Positions 1 through 9,908 of a stretch of 64,000 bases of DNA are shown piece by piece. The stretch is from an uncultured Candidatus Entotheonella sp. (GTDB lineage: Bacteria > Tectomicrobia > Entotheonellia > Entotheonellales > Entotheonellaceae), in assembly GCA_965217185.1 (NCBI GenBank), contig OZ244252.1:64001-128000 (forward strand). The letters run 5' to 3'. The translations under genes were made by a program, and so were the position numbers. The notes below the pieces were generated by a model that did no database searches, was not told the DNA's origin, and saw nothing but the letters and a program-made list of their open reading frames with translations. Each line of letters opens with the position of its first letter. Positions within the stretch are counted from its first letter, which is position 1.

Positions 1-108
1 GTGTTGGAACTCCGCAAGCTCAGCGATCGCGTCTCCCGTAACGAAGGGCAGATCGACGTCATCAGGCAGCAGTTGCAAACCGCCGACGCGCCCTCGCCCC
101 CGAATTGA
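1..108 (+). CDS. 3' end of an unidentified protein, truncated by the window edge
   Basis: Frame 1 reads VLELRKLSDRVSRNEGQIDVIRQQLQTADAPSPPN then TGA (106-108), followed by a hairpin. Confidence 0.45.
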   Translation: MLELRKLSDRVSRNEGQIDVIRQQLQTADAPSPPN

Positions 109-132
109 GTTTGGGGCAGGCTCCGAACTCAA
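105..132. repeat. Hairpin / REP-like palindrome
   Basis: TTGAGTTTGGGG-CAGG-CTCCGAACTCAA pairs over 12 bp with two G-U pairs; core 107-123 matches 11935-11951 at 16 of 17 positions. Confidence 0.55.
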
Positions 133-222
133 GTAAGCCCATCCAACACGGACAGTTCCTGACGGCAACTACGTGGGAAACGACTGGCTTTATGCGCAAG
201 GACGATCCATCTCCGGCATGAC

Positions 223-753
223 GTGGGTGCCAGGAGGCAGGTCTTGTCAAGACGTGCGTCAGGGATATGGCAGGCGGTGAGAGACATCGCCGAGGAGCTG
301 GGTGTGAGGCGCTGCGGCGCCTTTTACAGAGATGGGTTATTTGTCGTTGCAGCGTCGGCGGGGGTTGGCTTCTGGATCATGCTGGGGTGGCTGCTGCCGG
401 TGCAGCCGATAGCGTGGCGGCAGGTGGGGTCGTGGAGCTTCGTGTCGCTGGTGGTTGTGCAGCCGTGCTTGGAAGAGGTTGTCTTTCGAGGACTTTTGCA
501 GGGACGTTTGAGCCGATGGCAGCGGATGCGAACGGCGTGGCGGGGCTTCACGGCGGCCAACGGTGTGACCGCTCTGCTGTTTGCGGCCGGACACTTCGTG
601 AACCATCCGGCGCTGTGGGCGGCGGGGGTGGTCGTGCCGGCGCTGGTATTCGGCTTTTTCAGGGACCGCTACGCGAGCATTTGGCCGGGGACGTTGTTGC
701 ACATGTTCTATAATGGCGGCTACTTCATAATGACTGGTTTGCCGGGATTGTGA
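223..753 (+). CDS. CPBP-family (CAAX-like) glutamic intramembrane protease, resembling the JDVT-CTERM-system type
   Basis: EEVVFRG, FAAGH and LLHMFYN motifs with several hydrophobic segments; start uncertain. Confidence 0.8.
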   Translation: MGARRQVLSRRASGIWQAVRDIAEELGVRRCGAFYRDGLFVVAASAGVGFWIMLGWLLPVQPIAWRQVGSWSFVSLVVVQPCLEEVVFRGLLQGRLSRWQRMRTAWRGFTAANGVTALLFAAGHFVNHPALWAAGVVVPALVFGFFRDRYASIWPGTLLHMFYNGGYFIMTGLPGL

Positions 754-859
754 TAGGCGGATAGGCCCTGACTGTGACCTCTGTCCGTCGCCCGTTTCGG
801 CCCTGCCGTGCGTCCGTGCGGCCCTTCACGTGTTCTCCAACTCCTGAGGAGCGTAATTC

Positions 860-2002
860 ATGACCTTCGATGTCGAACAAGTTGATTCTGTTTTGCGGAC
901 GACCCGAGCGGTGCGACGGCGGCTCGATCTCGAGCGACCGGTTCCCGACGAGGTCATTCTGCAGTGCATTGACCTGGCGGAACAGGCGCCGTCCGGCGCG
1001 AATATCGCCAGCCGCCGCTGGCTGGTCATTCGTGACGCCGAGGTCAAGGCCAAGATCGCCGAACTGTACCGCATGGCCGGGGGGGCCAACATCATTCAAG
1101 CTGCTCAGCAACTCAAGGGCACCGGCTCGCACCGCGAACACACCGTGTCGTCAAGCGCTTATCTGGCGCAGAACATGGAGCGCGTGCCGGCCCTGGTCAT
1201 CCCGACCATCTGGGGCGAGCACGACGGCAGCGGTCGTCCGGGGCTGTTCGACTCCGTCGTCCAATCGGCCTGGAGCTTCTGCCTGGCGCTGCGCGCCCGT
1301 GGCCTCGGCACCGCGTGGACCACGATGATCTTCGGCAAGCGCGAGGAACTCGTTGACATCCTGGGCATTCCCAAGGGCGTGACGCCTATCGTGTTGCTGC
1401 CTGTGGCCTGGACGATCGGCACCGACTTCAAACCCACCGCCCGGCGCCCGGCCGCTCAGATTACCTGGTTCGACCACTGGGGTCATACCAACGCCCAGCC
1501 CTATCACAGCGATATCCTGGCCGCGCAACCCGGCGTGACCGTCGAGGTTAACGTGGAAGCGTCGCCGCAGCGCCTCTGGGACTTGATCAGCGACGTCACG
1601 CTGCCGGCCCGCTTCAGCGACGAGTTTCAAGGCGCCGAATGGCTCGACGGCGACGGCCCGCGCGTGGGCGCGTGCTTCGTCGGGCGCAACAGCATCGGCG
1701 AGCGGCAGTGGGAGACCACCTCACACCTTGTCGCCTGTGAGGCACCCCGCCTCTTCGCCTGGAACGTCAGCGACGCCGAGACGCCGAGCGCGCAGTGGCG
1801 CTTCGAGCTGGACCGCGTTGGTGATTCCACCCGCCTGCGCCAGTGCATGACGATGGGGCCCGGTCTCTCCGGCACTACCCGGGCGATGCAGCAAGACCCC
1901 GACAATGTCAAGCAGATTCTCGCCGCGCGTCGTGCAACGCTGCGCCGCAATATGGAGTTGACCGTTCAGGGAATCAAGCAATTGGCAGAGTCGGAGAAAT
2001 AA
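860..2002 (+). CDS. Nitroreductase-family domain fused to an SRPBCC/polyketide-cyclase-like domain
   Basis: N-terminal TTRAVRRRLD...QAPSGAN...ARGLGTAWTT; C-terminal VEVNVEASPQRLWDLISD...RLFAW; GAGGAG RBS. Confidence 0.85.
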   Translation: MTFDVEQVDSVLRTTRAVRRRLDLERPVPDEVILQCIDLAEQAPSGANIASRRWLVIRDAEVKAKIAELYRMAGGANIIQAAQQLKGTGSHREHTVSSSAYLAQNMERVPALVIPTIWGEHDGSGRPGLFDSVVQSAWSFCLALRARGLGTAWTTMIFGKREELVDILGIPKGVTPIVLLPVAWTIGTDFKPTARRPAAQITWFDHWGHTNAQPYHSDILAAQPGVTVEVNVEASPQRLWDLISDVTLPARFSDEFQGAEWLDGDGPRVGACFVGRNSIGERQWETTSHLVACEAPRLFAWNVSDAETPSAQWRFELDRVGDSTRLRQCMTMGPGLSGTTRAMQQDPDNVKQILAARRATLRRNMELTVQGIKQLAESEK

Positions 2003-2007
2003 GCCAC

Positions 2008-2043
2008 AGGTCGGATTACGGCTTCGTGCGGCCTAATCCGATC
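2008..2043. repeat. REP-like palindrome between convergent genes
   Basis: GTCGGATTA...TAATCCGAT inverted repeat, resembling GTAG-type REP elements. Confidence 0.5.
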
Positions 2044-2051
2044 GCCCCCGC

Positions 2052-3209
2052 CTACGCCTCCCGCAACGGCCGGAAAAAGGCCCGAATGTCCTGCGCCAGC
2101 GTTTCCGGCTGTTCAAAGGCCGCAAAGTGACCGCCGCGCGGCATTTCCGACCATTGCTGCAGATTGAAGAAGCGCTCGGCCCACTCACGCGGCGGCCGGC
2201 TGATTTCCTTGGGAAACCGCGCCACGGCGCACGGCACGTCGATGCGCTGCCCGGGCTGGATGATCCACGTATTGTGCTGGTTCTCGTAGTAGATGCGGGT
2301 GGAGGAGTTGATCGTCTGCGTGGCCCAGTAGATCGTAATCGTCGTCAGCAATTCGTCCTTGCTGAAACACCGCTCCACGTCCCCGTCGCAATCGCTCCAA
2401 CTGCGCCACTTCTCGACGATCCAGGCGGCCAGCGCGGCGGGGGAGTCGTTGAGGCCGTAAGACAGGGTCTGCGGCTTGGTGCCCTGGATGTGGGCGTAGC
2501 CGCCTTCCTCCAGTTGCCAATGCGCCCGCGCCTCCAGAAAGGCGCGCTCGGCGGGCGTCAGGTCGCGCATGCCCGGCTGCCAGCCGGTGGGCACGCCGGA
2601 CACCGAGGTGGTGTGGATGCCGATCACCTGGCTGCCGTAGGAAAAGCCCAGGCGCGCCGTTACGCCCGCCCCCCAATCGCCGCCGTGGGCGCCGTAGCGG
2701 CTGTAGCCGAGCGCCGTTGTCATGAGCTGCGACCACAGGTCGGCGATCCGCGCCACGTTGATGCCGCGTGTGCCGGTAACGTCGGAAAAGCCGTACCCCG
2801 GCAGCGACGGCGCCACCACGTCGAAGGCGTCTTGCGGGTCGCCGCCGTGGGCCGCCGGATCGGTGAGCAGGGGGATGATCTTGGACATCTCGAAGACGGT
2901 GCTCGGCCACCCGTGCGTGATGATCAGCGGCAGCGGTGCGGGTCCCTTGCCTTTCTCGTGGATGAAGTGAATCCCCATGCCGTCGACTGTGGTGCGGAAG
3001 TGCGAAAAGCGGTTCAGGGCCTCTTCTTGGGCGCGCCAGTCAAACTCCCTTTGCCAGTACGCTACGAGCTCCTTGACGTACGCCAGATTGGAGCCGTAAT
3101 CCCATCCCGTGTGCGGCAGCTCACCCGGCCAGCGTGTGCGGTCGAGGCGCTCGCGCAGGTCCTGTAGCGTTTCGTCGGCAACGTGAACGGTGAAGGGTTG
3201 CACGGTCAT
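2052..3209 (-). CDS. Epoxide hydrolase (microsomal-type alpha/beta hydrolase)
   Basis: HGWP, GGDWG nucleophile motif, GGHFAAFEQP and the typical N-terminal domain. Confidence 0.93.
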   Translation of the reverse strand: MTVQPFTVHVADETLQDLRERLDRTRWPGELPHTGWDYGSNLAYVKELVAYWQREFDWRAQEEALNRFSHFRTTVDGMGIHFIHEKGKGPAPLPLIITHGWPSTVFEMSKIIPLLTDPAAHGGDPQDAFDVVAPSLPGYGFSDVTGTRGINVARIADLWSQLMTTALGYSRYGAHGGDWGAGVTARLGFSYGSQVIGIHTTSVSGVPTGWQPGMRDLTPAERAFLEARAHWQLEEGGYAHIQGTKPQTLSYGLNDSPAALAAWIVEKWRSWSDCDGDVERCFSKDELLTTITIYWATQTINSSTRIYYENQHNTWIIQPGQRIDVPCAVARFPKEISRPPREWAERFFNLQQWSEMPRGGHFAAFEQPETLAQDIRAFFRPLREA

Positions 3210-3323
3210 CCTGACGGGTCCTCCTTAATACGCAACTGCGCACGTGGGTCGATGGGGCTTTCATGCCTGCGGTGGGCGCCCATGTTACCCGGCGGCGTGG
3301 CCGCAAACAAGCGCCAAGACGGG

Positions 3324-3704
3324 CTACCAGACGCCCGCCACCGGGTACGCTTCGTCCTCGCCGGGCCACGGCGGCATGCTGACGCCAACTGCTGCCAACG
3401 CCTCGTCGCCATCGTTTCGGAACTGGAAGTGGGTGCCCGGCGGGATGGTAATCGATACGCCTTTAGACACTTCAATGATTTCTTCGTCCGCCCCCTGCCG
3501 GCGCCAAAACCGGCCCCGCCCTGCCAGGAAATACCACACCTCCTCGATGCTGTGATGCCCCACCGCCTGCGATATCTGCCCGCCCGGCAGCGAAAAATGA
3601 GCCATGCTGCCGCGCGCCCCGCTGCACAAGATGCGCACCTCGGAGCCGTCGGGCGCTATCGCGTCCACTGCCGACGGCAGCCGTTTGGTCTCGAACCGTC
3701 CCAT
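3324..3704 (-). CDS. Cupin domain protein (mannose-6-phosphate isomerase-like)
   Basis: HHSIEEVWYFLAG and IPPGTHFQFRN; ATG at 3704 after GGAGG. Confidence 0.85.
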   Translation of the reverse strand: MGRFETKRLPSAVDAIAPDGSEVRILCSGARGSMAHFSLPGGQISQAVGHHSIEEVWYFLAGRGRFWRRQGADEEIIEVSKGVSITIPPGTHFQFRNDGDEALAAVGVSMPPWPGEDEAYPVAGVW

Positions 3705-3867
3705 CTGCCTCCTTCCATTCATCTATGAGCAAGCCGTAACAGCCCGCATTCCTTGATGTTAACCCTGCTCCAATGACCTGCCACGCCGGGCGCCCGGTTG
3801 AAGCGCAGGCGCCGAGTGTGGTAGGGTATCGCCGCAATTGGCCATCTTCCCAAGGGCAGGAGAAACG

Positions 3868-4209
3868 ATGATTACGTACAGATGCGTCGTTCAGGAGGGC
3901 TGCATCCCTCTCGAAATCCGTCCCCGCCTCGTCTCCGGCTTGGCGGGCATAACCGCCGAGGTTCTGGGTGCGGCGCCGGATGACGTTCAGGTTGAATTCA
4001 ACGAGATACCGCACGGTGCCGGATACCGTGGCGGCGAACTTTCCACTACGTCTCTGGTACGCGGTGCTATCCCGCCGGGCTGTGAACAGCCGGTGCGTGA
4101 GCAACTGCTGATGAAAATATGCGACATGTGGTGTGAGGTAACGGGCTGCGGCGTTGATGAAGTCGTTGTCAACGCCAGCGATCAAGGCTACGTCCCTAAT
4201 GTTTACTAA
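3868..4209 (+). CDS. Tautomerase-superfamily protein lacking the N-terminal Pro
   Basis: Beta-alpha-beta pattern paralogous to the next gene; AGGAG RBS then M-I-T-Y-R-C. Confidence 0.7.
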   Translation: MITYRCVVQEGCIPLEIRPRLVSGLAGITAEVLGAAPDDVQVEFNEIPHGAGYRGGELSTTSLVRGAIPPGCEQPVREQLLMKICDMWCEVTGCGVDEVVVNASDQGYVPNVY

Positions 4210-4226
4210 CGAGGAAAGGACTTGTC

Positions 4227-4622
4227 ATGCCTGTGTATAATTGTATTTCACCCGCTGGTGCCGTACCCATGGACGTGCGCCCCAAAATCGCCAAGGCTTT
4301 TACGGACATCCATTGCGACAGTACCAACGCGCCGCGCAGCTTCGTGCACGTCTTCTTCAAGGAGACCCCCGAGGGCGCCGATTCCGGTTATGACACGCCG
4401 TACTACATCGACGCCGGCAACCGCGCCGGTCGCCCGGCAGAGGTGGTGTTGAAGTTGAAGAACGACCTGCGTCAGGCATACGCCGAGAACGCCGGTGTTT
4501 CGCTCGATCAAGTTGACGCCCGCATTGTCGAGGGTCCGGCGCGCTGGTCGATGGAGGGTGGTCACATCCTGCCCGAACCGGGTCAGGAAGGCGCCGAGTG
4601 GTACGCCCACGCGGCCGACTAA
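4227..4622 (+). CDS. Tautomerase-superfamily protein (cis-CaaD-like)
   Basis: M-P-V-Y start (Pro-1), FTDIHC, RAGR and MEGGHILPEPGQE. Confidence 0.8.
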   Translation: MPVYNCISPAGAVPMDVRPKIAKAFTDIHCDSTNAPRSFVHVFFKETPEGADSGYDTPYYIDAGNRAGRPAEVVLKLKNDLRQAYAENAGVSLDQVDARIVEGPARWSMEGGHILPEPGQEGAEWYAHAAD

Positions 4623-4684
4623 CCGCCTTGCAGGTTTGAACCGCGAACGGTTTGTCGGGCAAATGCCCGAATAGGTTTTTCAAA

Positions 4685-4726
4685 ACGCCGCACGGGAGGT
4701 CAAGCAAGCGACCTGTCGTGCGGCGT
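4685..4726. terminator. Strong hairpin between the tautomerase pair and thioredoxin
   Basis: ACGCCGCACG..AGGTC / GACCT..CGTGCGGCGT inverted repeat. Confidence 0.45.
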
Positions 4727-4760
4727 ATTTGCAGGTGAAAATCAATGGAGGGATATCTCA

Positions 4761-5093
4761 ATGGGAGCACCGTTTACGGTTACCGCCGGAAATTTTGACG
4801 CCGAAGTGTTGCAGGCTGATGCGCCGGTCCTGGTTGATTTCTGGGCTCCGTGGTGCGGTCCTTGCCGCGTCATCGCGCCAGCGGTGGAAGAACTGGCCAC
4901 TGAGTACGATGGCAAATTGAAGGTGGGCAAGCTCAACGTCGACGATCATCCTGCGATTGCGCAGAACTACGGCATCACCGGGATTCCGGCGCTGCTCTTC
5001 TTCAAGGATGGCAAGCGGGTCGATACCGTGGTGGGCGCGGTCTCCAAGGACATCCTGCAGGAGCATGTCGACGGGGTCGTCAGGGACGCCTAA
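4761..5093 (+). CDS. trxA: Thioredoxin
   Basis: DFWAPWCGPC active site; GIP cis-Pro motif. Confidence 0.97.
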   Translation: MGAPFTVTAGNFDAEVLQADAPVLVDFWAPWCGPCRVIAPAVEELATEYDGKLKVGKLNVDDHPAIAQNYGITGIPALLFFKDGKRVDTVVGAVSKDILQEHVDGVVRDA

Positions 5094-5128
5094 AGCAGCT
5101 TCGGATCAACATGGCCTATCTCTTCCCA

Positions 5129-6364
5129 TCACAGCGTCAGCAGCAGCCGTGTGGGGTCAGCGAGATAGGCCATGACTGCGTTGAGAAACCGTTGCGCCGC
5201 GGCGCCGTCGAGGACACGGTGGTCGAACGTCAGGGACAGGGGCAGGATAGTGCGCAAGGCGATAGCTTCCTCGTAGGCGACCGGTTTCTGCATGAACCTG
5301 CCGACGCCCAGAATGGCGACTTGCGGTAGATGCAGCATCGGGGTGGCGAAGATGCCACCGACGGCGCCGTAATTGCTGATGGTGAAGGTGCCGCCGCGCA
5401 GGTCGGCCAGCGGGATGCGGCGCGTGTTGGCCAGTTCGGCGAGCTGTTGCACCTCTGTCGCCAGGGTCAGGAGGGATTTGCGGTCAACGTCCTTCACCAC
5501 GGGAACGATCAGGCCCTCGGGCGTGTCGGTGGCGATGCCGAAGTGGTAGTAGCGCTTGAGAATCAGGTGCTGCTGGTCTTCGGCGAGTGAGGCATTGAGC
5601 GTCGGATGCTGCTTCAGGGCAGCCACCACCGCCTTCATGATGAACGGCAGCAGGGTCAGACGGACGTCCGAAGCGGCGGCGTTGCCGCGGGCGCGCCAAT
5701 CCAGCAACTCGCTGATGTCAACTTCGTCGATCGTGGTAATGGGCACGGCGGTTGTGGCCGCCGCGACCATCGCTTTGGCGATGGTGCGCCGCAAGGCGGT
5801 CAGCGGCTGAAGTTCGATGGTTCCATGCGTATCCCGTTGCGTGTCGGCGGACTGGGCAGGCTCGGCACTTTGCGGAGCCACTCGCAGCACGTCCTCGCGG
5901 CGGATGCGGCCACGCGGGCCGGAAGGGCTGACGCGGCTCAGGTCGACACCGAGGTCGCGGGCCAGCTTGCGCACCGAGGGAATGGCGAGCACACGCCGGT
6001 CAGCGATCGCGTCATCCTCCGGTTGAGCGGCTACCGGTTCGGGTGGCAGGTCCATGGTTTTGGCATCCAACCGTCCTACAACCGAGGCCGCTTCCGGCGG
6101 CGGCGCAACGCTGGCCTCGGATCCATCCGCCTCGCCAATGACCGCCAGAATTTCCCCGACCTGAATCGTTTCTCCCGCCGCTACCGGCAGGCGCAGGATG
6201 GTGCCGGCGCGTGGGGCCGGTATCTCCACCACCGCCTTGTCGGTTTCCACCTCCACCAGCGGTTGATCGGCCTTCACCCGGTCGCCCTGGGCCACCAGCC
6301 AGCGCACGATCTCACCTTGGGCAATACCTTCTCCCACGTCCGGGAAGCGAAACTCCAGAGCCAT
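5129..6364 (-). CDS. pdhC: 2-oxoacid dehydrogenase E2 (dihydrolipoamide acyltransferase)
   Basis: Lipoyl domain VETDKA, binding domain PSVRKLA, catalytic DHRVLDG. Confidence 0.93.
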   Translation of the reverse strand: MALEFRFPDVGEGIAQGEIVRWLVAQGDRVKADQPLVEVETDKAVVEIPAPRAGTILRLPVAAGETIQVGEILAVIGEADGSEASVAPPPEAASVVGRLDAKTMDLPPEPVAAQPEDDAIADRRVLAIPSVRKLARDLGVDLSRVSPSGPRGRIRREDVLRVAPQSAEPAQSADTQRDTHGTIELQPLTALRRTIAKAMVAAATTAVPITTIDEVDISELLDWRARGNAAASDVRLTLLPFIMKAVVAALKQHPTLNASLAEDQQHLILKRYYHFGIATDTPEGLIVPVVKDVDRKSLLTLATEVQQLAELANTRRIPLADLRGGTFTISNYGAVGGIFATPMLHLPQVAILGVGRFMQKPVAYEEAIALRTILPLSLTFDHRVLDGAAAQRFLNAVMAYLADPTRLLLTL

Positions 6365-6422
6365 GCCTAACCTCTAGGGCACACGTCATGTTGAAGAGAG
6401 GCCGTCTGCGTCGACGTGCCCC

Positions 6423-7400
6423 TCAGAAGGCCAGCACGCGGTGTACGGCGGCCGCGATCATCTCAGGGGTCGGTAGATAATACTTTTCGAGTTGCGGCAG
6501 GGGGAATACGGTGTCAAAACCGCTGACGCGCTCGACTGGGGCCTCCAGGGACAACAGGGCTTTCTCGTTGATCTGCGCCACGATTTCAGCCCCCAGGCCA
6601 GCCGTGCGTGCGGCTTCGTGCACGACCACCGCGCGGCCCGTCTTCTCGACGGACGCGATGATGGCCGGCACGTCCATCGGGGACAGGGTGCGCAAATCGA
6701 GAATCTCCAGGCTGATGCCGCTGGCGTCCAGCGATTCGGCGGCCTGCAGCACGGTGTGCATCATGGAACCCCAGGCGATCACCGTCACGTCGGTGCCCTC
6801 CCGCACGAGGCGCGCCTCGCCGATGGGCACGGTGTAGCATTCCTCGGGAATGTCCTGGCGTACGGCGCGATAGATACGTTTCGGCTCCAGGAAAATCACC
6901 GGGTCCGGGCTGCGGATGGCGCTGATCAGCAACCCTTTGGCGTCGTAGGGCGTGGCGGGAACCACGACCTGCAAGCCGGGGGTGTGCACCAGCATGGCCT
7001 CGGTGCTTTCCGAGTGGTGCTCGGGCGGGTGAATGCCGCCGCCGTAGGGTACCCGCACCACCAGGGGGCAGGTGAAGCGGCCGCGCGAACGATTGCGCAT
7101 GCGGGCTACGTGGCTAATGATCTGGTCAAAAGCCGGGTAGAGAAACCCCATGAACTGGATTTCGGGAACCGGCCGCAACCCCGCGATGGCCATGCCCACC
7201 GCCATGCCGACGATGCCGGCCTCGGCAATCGGCGCATCCATGACGCGCGCCCGTCCGTAGCATGCCTGCAGACCCTCGGTGACGCGAAAGACGCCGCCCT
7301 CCCGGCCGATGTCCTCGCCTAGCAGAATCACGCGCTCGTCGGCACCCAACTCCAGGTGCAGGGCCTCGCGGATGGCTTCCAGAAGGGTGCGTGTCGCCAT
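6423..7400 (-). CDS. pdhB: 2-oxoacid dehydrogenase E1 beta subunit
   Basis: GEDIGREGGVFRVTEGL, EIQFMGF, HHSES; true ATG at 7400 (the ORF-track extension is spurious). Confidence 0.93.
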   Translation of the reverse strand: MATRTLLEAIREALHLELGADERVILLGEDIGREGGVFRVTEGLQACYGRARVMDAPIAEAGIVGMAVGMAIAGLRPVPEIQFMGFLYPAFDQIISHVARMRNRSRGRFTCPLVVRVPYGGGIHPPEHHSESTEAMLVHTPGLQVVVPATPYDAKGLLISAIRSPDPVIFLEPKRIYRAVRQDIPEECYTVPIGEARLVREGTDVTVIAWGSMMHTVLQAAESLDASGISLEILDLRTLSPMDVPAIIASVEKTGRAVVVHEAARTAGLGAEIVAQINEKALLSLEAPVERVSGFDTVFPLPQLEKYYLPTPEMIAAAVHRVLAF

Positions 7401-7405
7401 GTCGA

Positions 7406-8491
7406 TCAGCCTTTCTGCTGAACCTGGAGCGCGGCGAGCAGCGCCGCCTCTTGTTCGCGCAGCGCCGCCGACGGCTCGGCGAACATGTAGCGGAACATAT
7501 CCTGTGGGGGTGGTTGCGGCACCGCCTCGGCGTCGTTCATGGCCTGTTCCACTTCCCCGGTGCAGGCTTCCAGCAGTTCGTGTTCCCAGTCTTCCGACCA
7601 GACGCCGCGGGCGTGCAGATACTTTTGCACTCGCAGCAGCGGGTCGCGCGACCGCCAGAACTCGACCTCGGCGTCGTCGCGGTATTTGGTGGGATCGTCC
7701 GCCGTGGTGTGGGCGCCGAGGCGGTAGGTATACGCCTCGATCAGGCTTGGTCCGCCGCCGCGCCGCGCTCGCTCGACGGCTTCCTGCATGACGGCGTAAA
7801 CGGCCATGATGTCGTTGCCGTCCACCAGAATGCCGGGAAAGCCGTAGGCCAGGGCCTTCTGGGCAATGGTCGGCGAGGCGGTCTGCTCGCGCACCGGCAC
7901 CGAAATGGCGTATTGGTTGTTCTGGCAAAAGAAGACGCAGGGGGCTTCGTAAACCCCGGCCAGGTTCATCGCCTCGTGCACGTCGCCTTCGGAGGTGGCG
8001 CCGTCGCCGAAATACGCCACCGCCACGCTGCCGTCCTGACGATACTTGCCCGCGTACGCCAAGCCGACAGCGTGCAAGGGGTGCGACCCGACCGGGATGG
8101 AGACGGGCAACACGTTCACCCCGTCGGGCATGTGGCTGCCGAATTCGTTGCCCATCCAATAGAGCGACAGCAGCTTCAGCGGCACGCCGTGCATCCACAT
8201 GGCACCGGTTTCGCGGTAGGAACTGACGATCCAGTCGCGCGGCTCCAAGGGGTAGGTGCTGGCCGCCATGCAGGCTTCCTGGCCTTCCATCTGTGCATAG
8301 GTGCCGAAACGCCCCTGCCGCTGCATGGATACGGCTTTGCGGTCGTACAGACGCATGGTCAGCATCTGGCGATACATCGTTCGTATCTGCTCGTCGTCCA
8401 GGTCGGGACGGAGGGTTTCGTCGCAGCATCCGTCCGGCGTCAGGATGCTGACCATTTCGTCTTGCAGCGGGTCGTAGCGGTCCGCGAACAT
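7406..8491 (-). CDS. pdhA: Pyruvate (2-oxoacid) dehydrogenase E1 alpha subunit
   Basis: TPP motif GDGATSEG...NNQYAIS; HTTADDP. Confidence 0.93.
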   Translation of the reverse strand: MFADRYDPLQDEMVSILTPDGCCDETLRPDLDDEQIRTMYRQMLTMRLYDRKAVSMQRQGRFGTYAQMEGQEACMAASTYPLEPRDWIVSSYRETGAMWMHGVPLKLLSLYWMGNEFGSHMPDGVNVLPVSIPVGSHPLHAVGLAYAGKYRQDGSVAVAYFGDGATSEGDVHEAMNLAGVYEAPCVFFCQNNQYAISVPVREQTASPTIAQKALAYGFPGILVDGNDIMAVYAVMQEAVERARRGGGPSLIEAYTYRLGAHTTADDPTKYRDDAEVEFWRSRDPLLRVQKYLHARGVWSEDWEHELLEACTGEVEQAMNDAEAVPQPPPQDMFRYMFAEPSAALREQEAALLAALQVQQKG

Positions 8492-8724
8492 GGAAGGTCC
8501 TCAAGGCGGTCAGACGTGTTTGGAGGTCGACAAGCAATCGTGAGCGGGGCGTTATTCTAGGGAAAAGTAACGGCTGCATCAAGTGCGCCTGCGGACTGTC
8601 GAAGCCGCCCTGCCGCCCGCTTGCGCGCATAGACCTGCGTGGCTATGCTTCCGCCACCGAGACGCGGCGCCGCTGGGGTCCTGCGCATTGCTGATTTGTA
8701 ACGAAAAGACGATAAGGAGAAAGC

Positions 8725-9798
8725 ATGGCCGCTCATAAAATTGCGGTGATCCCTGGCGACGGCATCGGCCAAGAAGTCATGCCGGAAGGGCTCAAAGTGC
8801 TCCGTGCGATGCAGGACGTGACGCCGGGATTGGAGCTTGCCTTCGAGACCTTTCCCTGGGGCTGCGACTATTACCGTGAACACGGCAGCATGATGCCTCA
8901 CGGCGCCCTCAAAACCCTCGAAGCATTTGACGCAATTTACTTTGGCGCCGTCGGTGACCCCGCTCACATCCCGGACCATATTTCGCTGAGTGACCTCATT
9001 CTGCCCATCCGCAAGAACTTTCAGCAGTTCGCCTGCATCCGTCCCATCAAGCTGCTGCCCGGCGTGACCGGTCCGCTGGCCGGCAAGACACCCGCCGACA
9101 TTGACTTCGTCATGGTGCGCGAGAACACCGAGGGCGAGTACTCGGACGCCGGCGGCCGCCTGCACGCCGGGACGCCGCAGGAGGTTGCCATTCAAACGTC
9201 GGTGTTCACCCGCACCGGCTGCGAGCGGGTCATGCGGTTTGCCTTTGAACTGGCGCGCAAGCGCAACAAGGCGCGGCACGTGACGTCGGTCACCAAATCC
9301 AACGCGCAGCGGCACAGCATGGTGTTCTGGGACGACATCTTCAAGGAAGTCGCGGCTGATTACCCCGACATCGAAACCAGCAGCAATCTCGTCGACGCGG
9401 CCGCCATGAACTTCATCCGGCGCCCGGAAGCCTTCGACGTGGTGGTCGCCTCCAACCTTTTCGCCGATATTCTCACGGACCTCGGCGCGGTGATCATGGG
9501 CGGCATGGGCTACGCGCCGAGCGCCAATTTGAATCCCGACGGCAGCTATCCGTCGATGTTCGAATCGGTGCACGGCTCGGCGCCGGACATCGCCGGCAAG
9601 GGCATCGCCAATCCTCTGGCGACGATCTGGGCGGGGCAATTGATGCTGGATTTCCTGGGGGAACGCGATGCCGCGGCGCGGCTCTTGGGTGCCCTTGAGA
9701 CTCACGTGCAGGAGGGGAAGGTGCGAACGCCGGACCTAGGGGGCACGAACTGCACCGGCGCCGTCGGCGACAACCTCTGCGAGATCTTGCTTCGTTAA
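8725..9798 (+). CDS. Tartrate/D-malate dehydrogenase (isocitrate/isopropylmalate dehydrogenase family)
   Basis: [40 protein letters not shown]. Confidence 0.9.
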   Translation: MAAHKIAVIPGDGIGQEVMPEGLKVLRAMQDVTPGLELAFETFPWGCDYYREHGSMMPHGALKTLEAFDAIYFGAVGDPAHIPDHISLSDLILPIRKNFQQFACIRPIKLLPGVTGPLAGKTPADIDFVMVRENTEGEYSDAGGRLHAGTPQEVAIQTSVFTRTGCERVMRFAFELARKRNKARHVTSVTKSNAQRHSMVFWDDIFKEVAADYPDIETSSNLVDAAAMNFIRRPEAFDVVVASNLFADILTDLGAVIMGGMGYAPSANLNPDGSYPSMFESVHGSAPDIAGKGIANPLATIWAGQLMLDFLGERDAAARLLGALETHVQEGKVRTPDLGGTNCTGAVGDNLCEILLR

Positions 9799-9908
9799 AT
9801 GCGGTTAAGCGTCCAGAGTAGGACTTGCGAGATGTGCAAGAAGCGCGCGGCATAAAGAACCGTGCGCTCCTCGCACCGCTTGAGGGTGGGCGCTATCAGG
9901 GGGCGTGC

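Noticed and set aside
7401..8630. Apparent E1 alpha-beta fusion (735-aa ORF)
   Set aside because: The extension is an alternative frame over pdhA; pdhB has its own ATG at 7400
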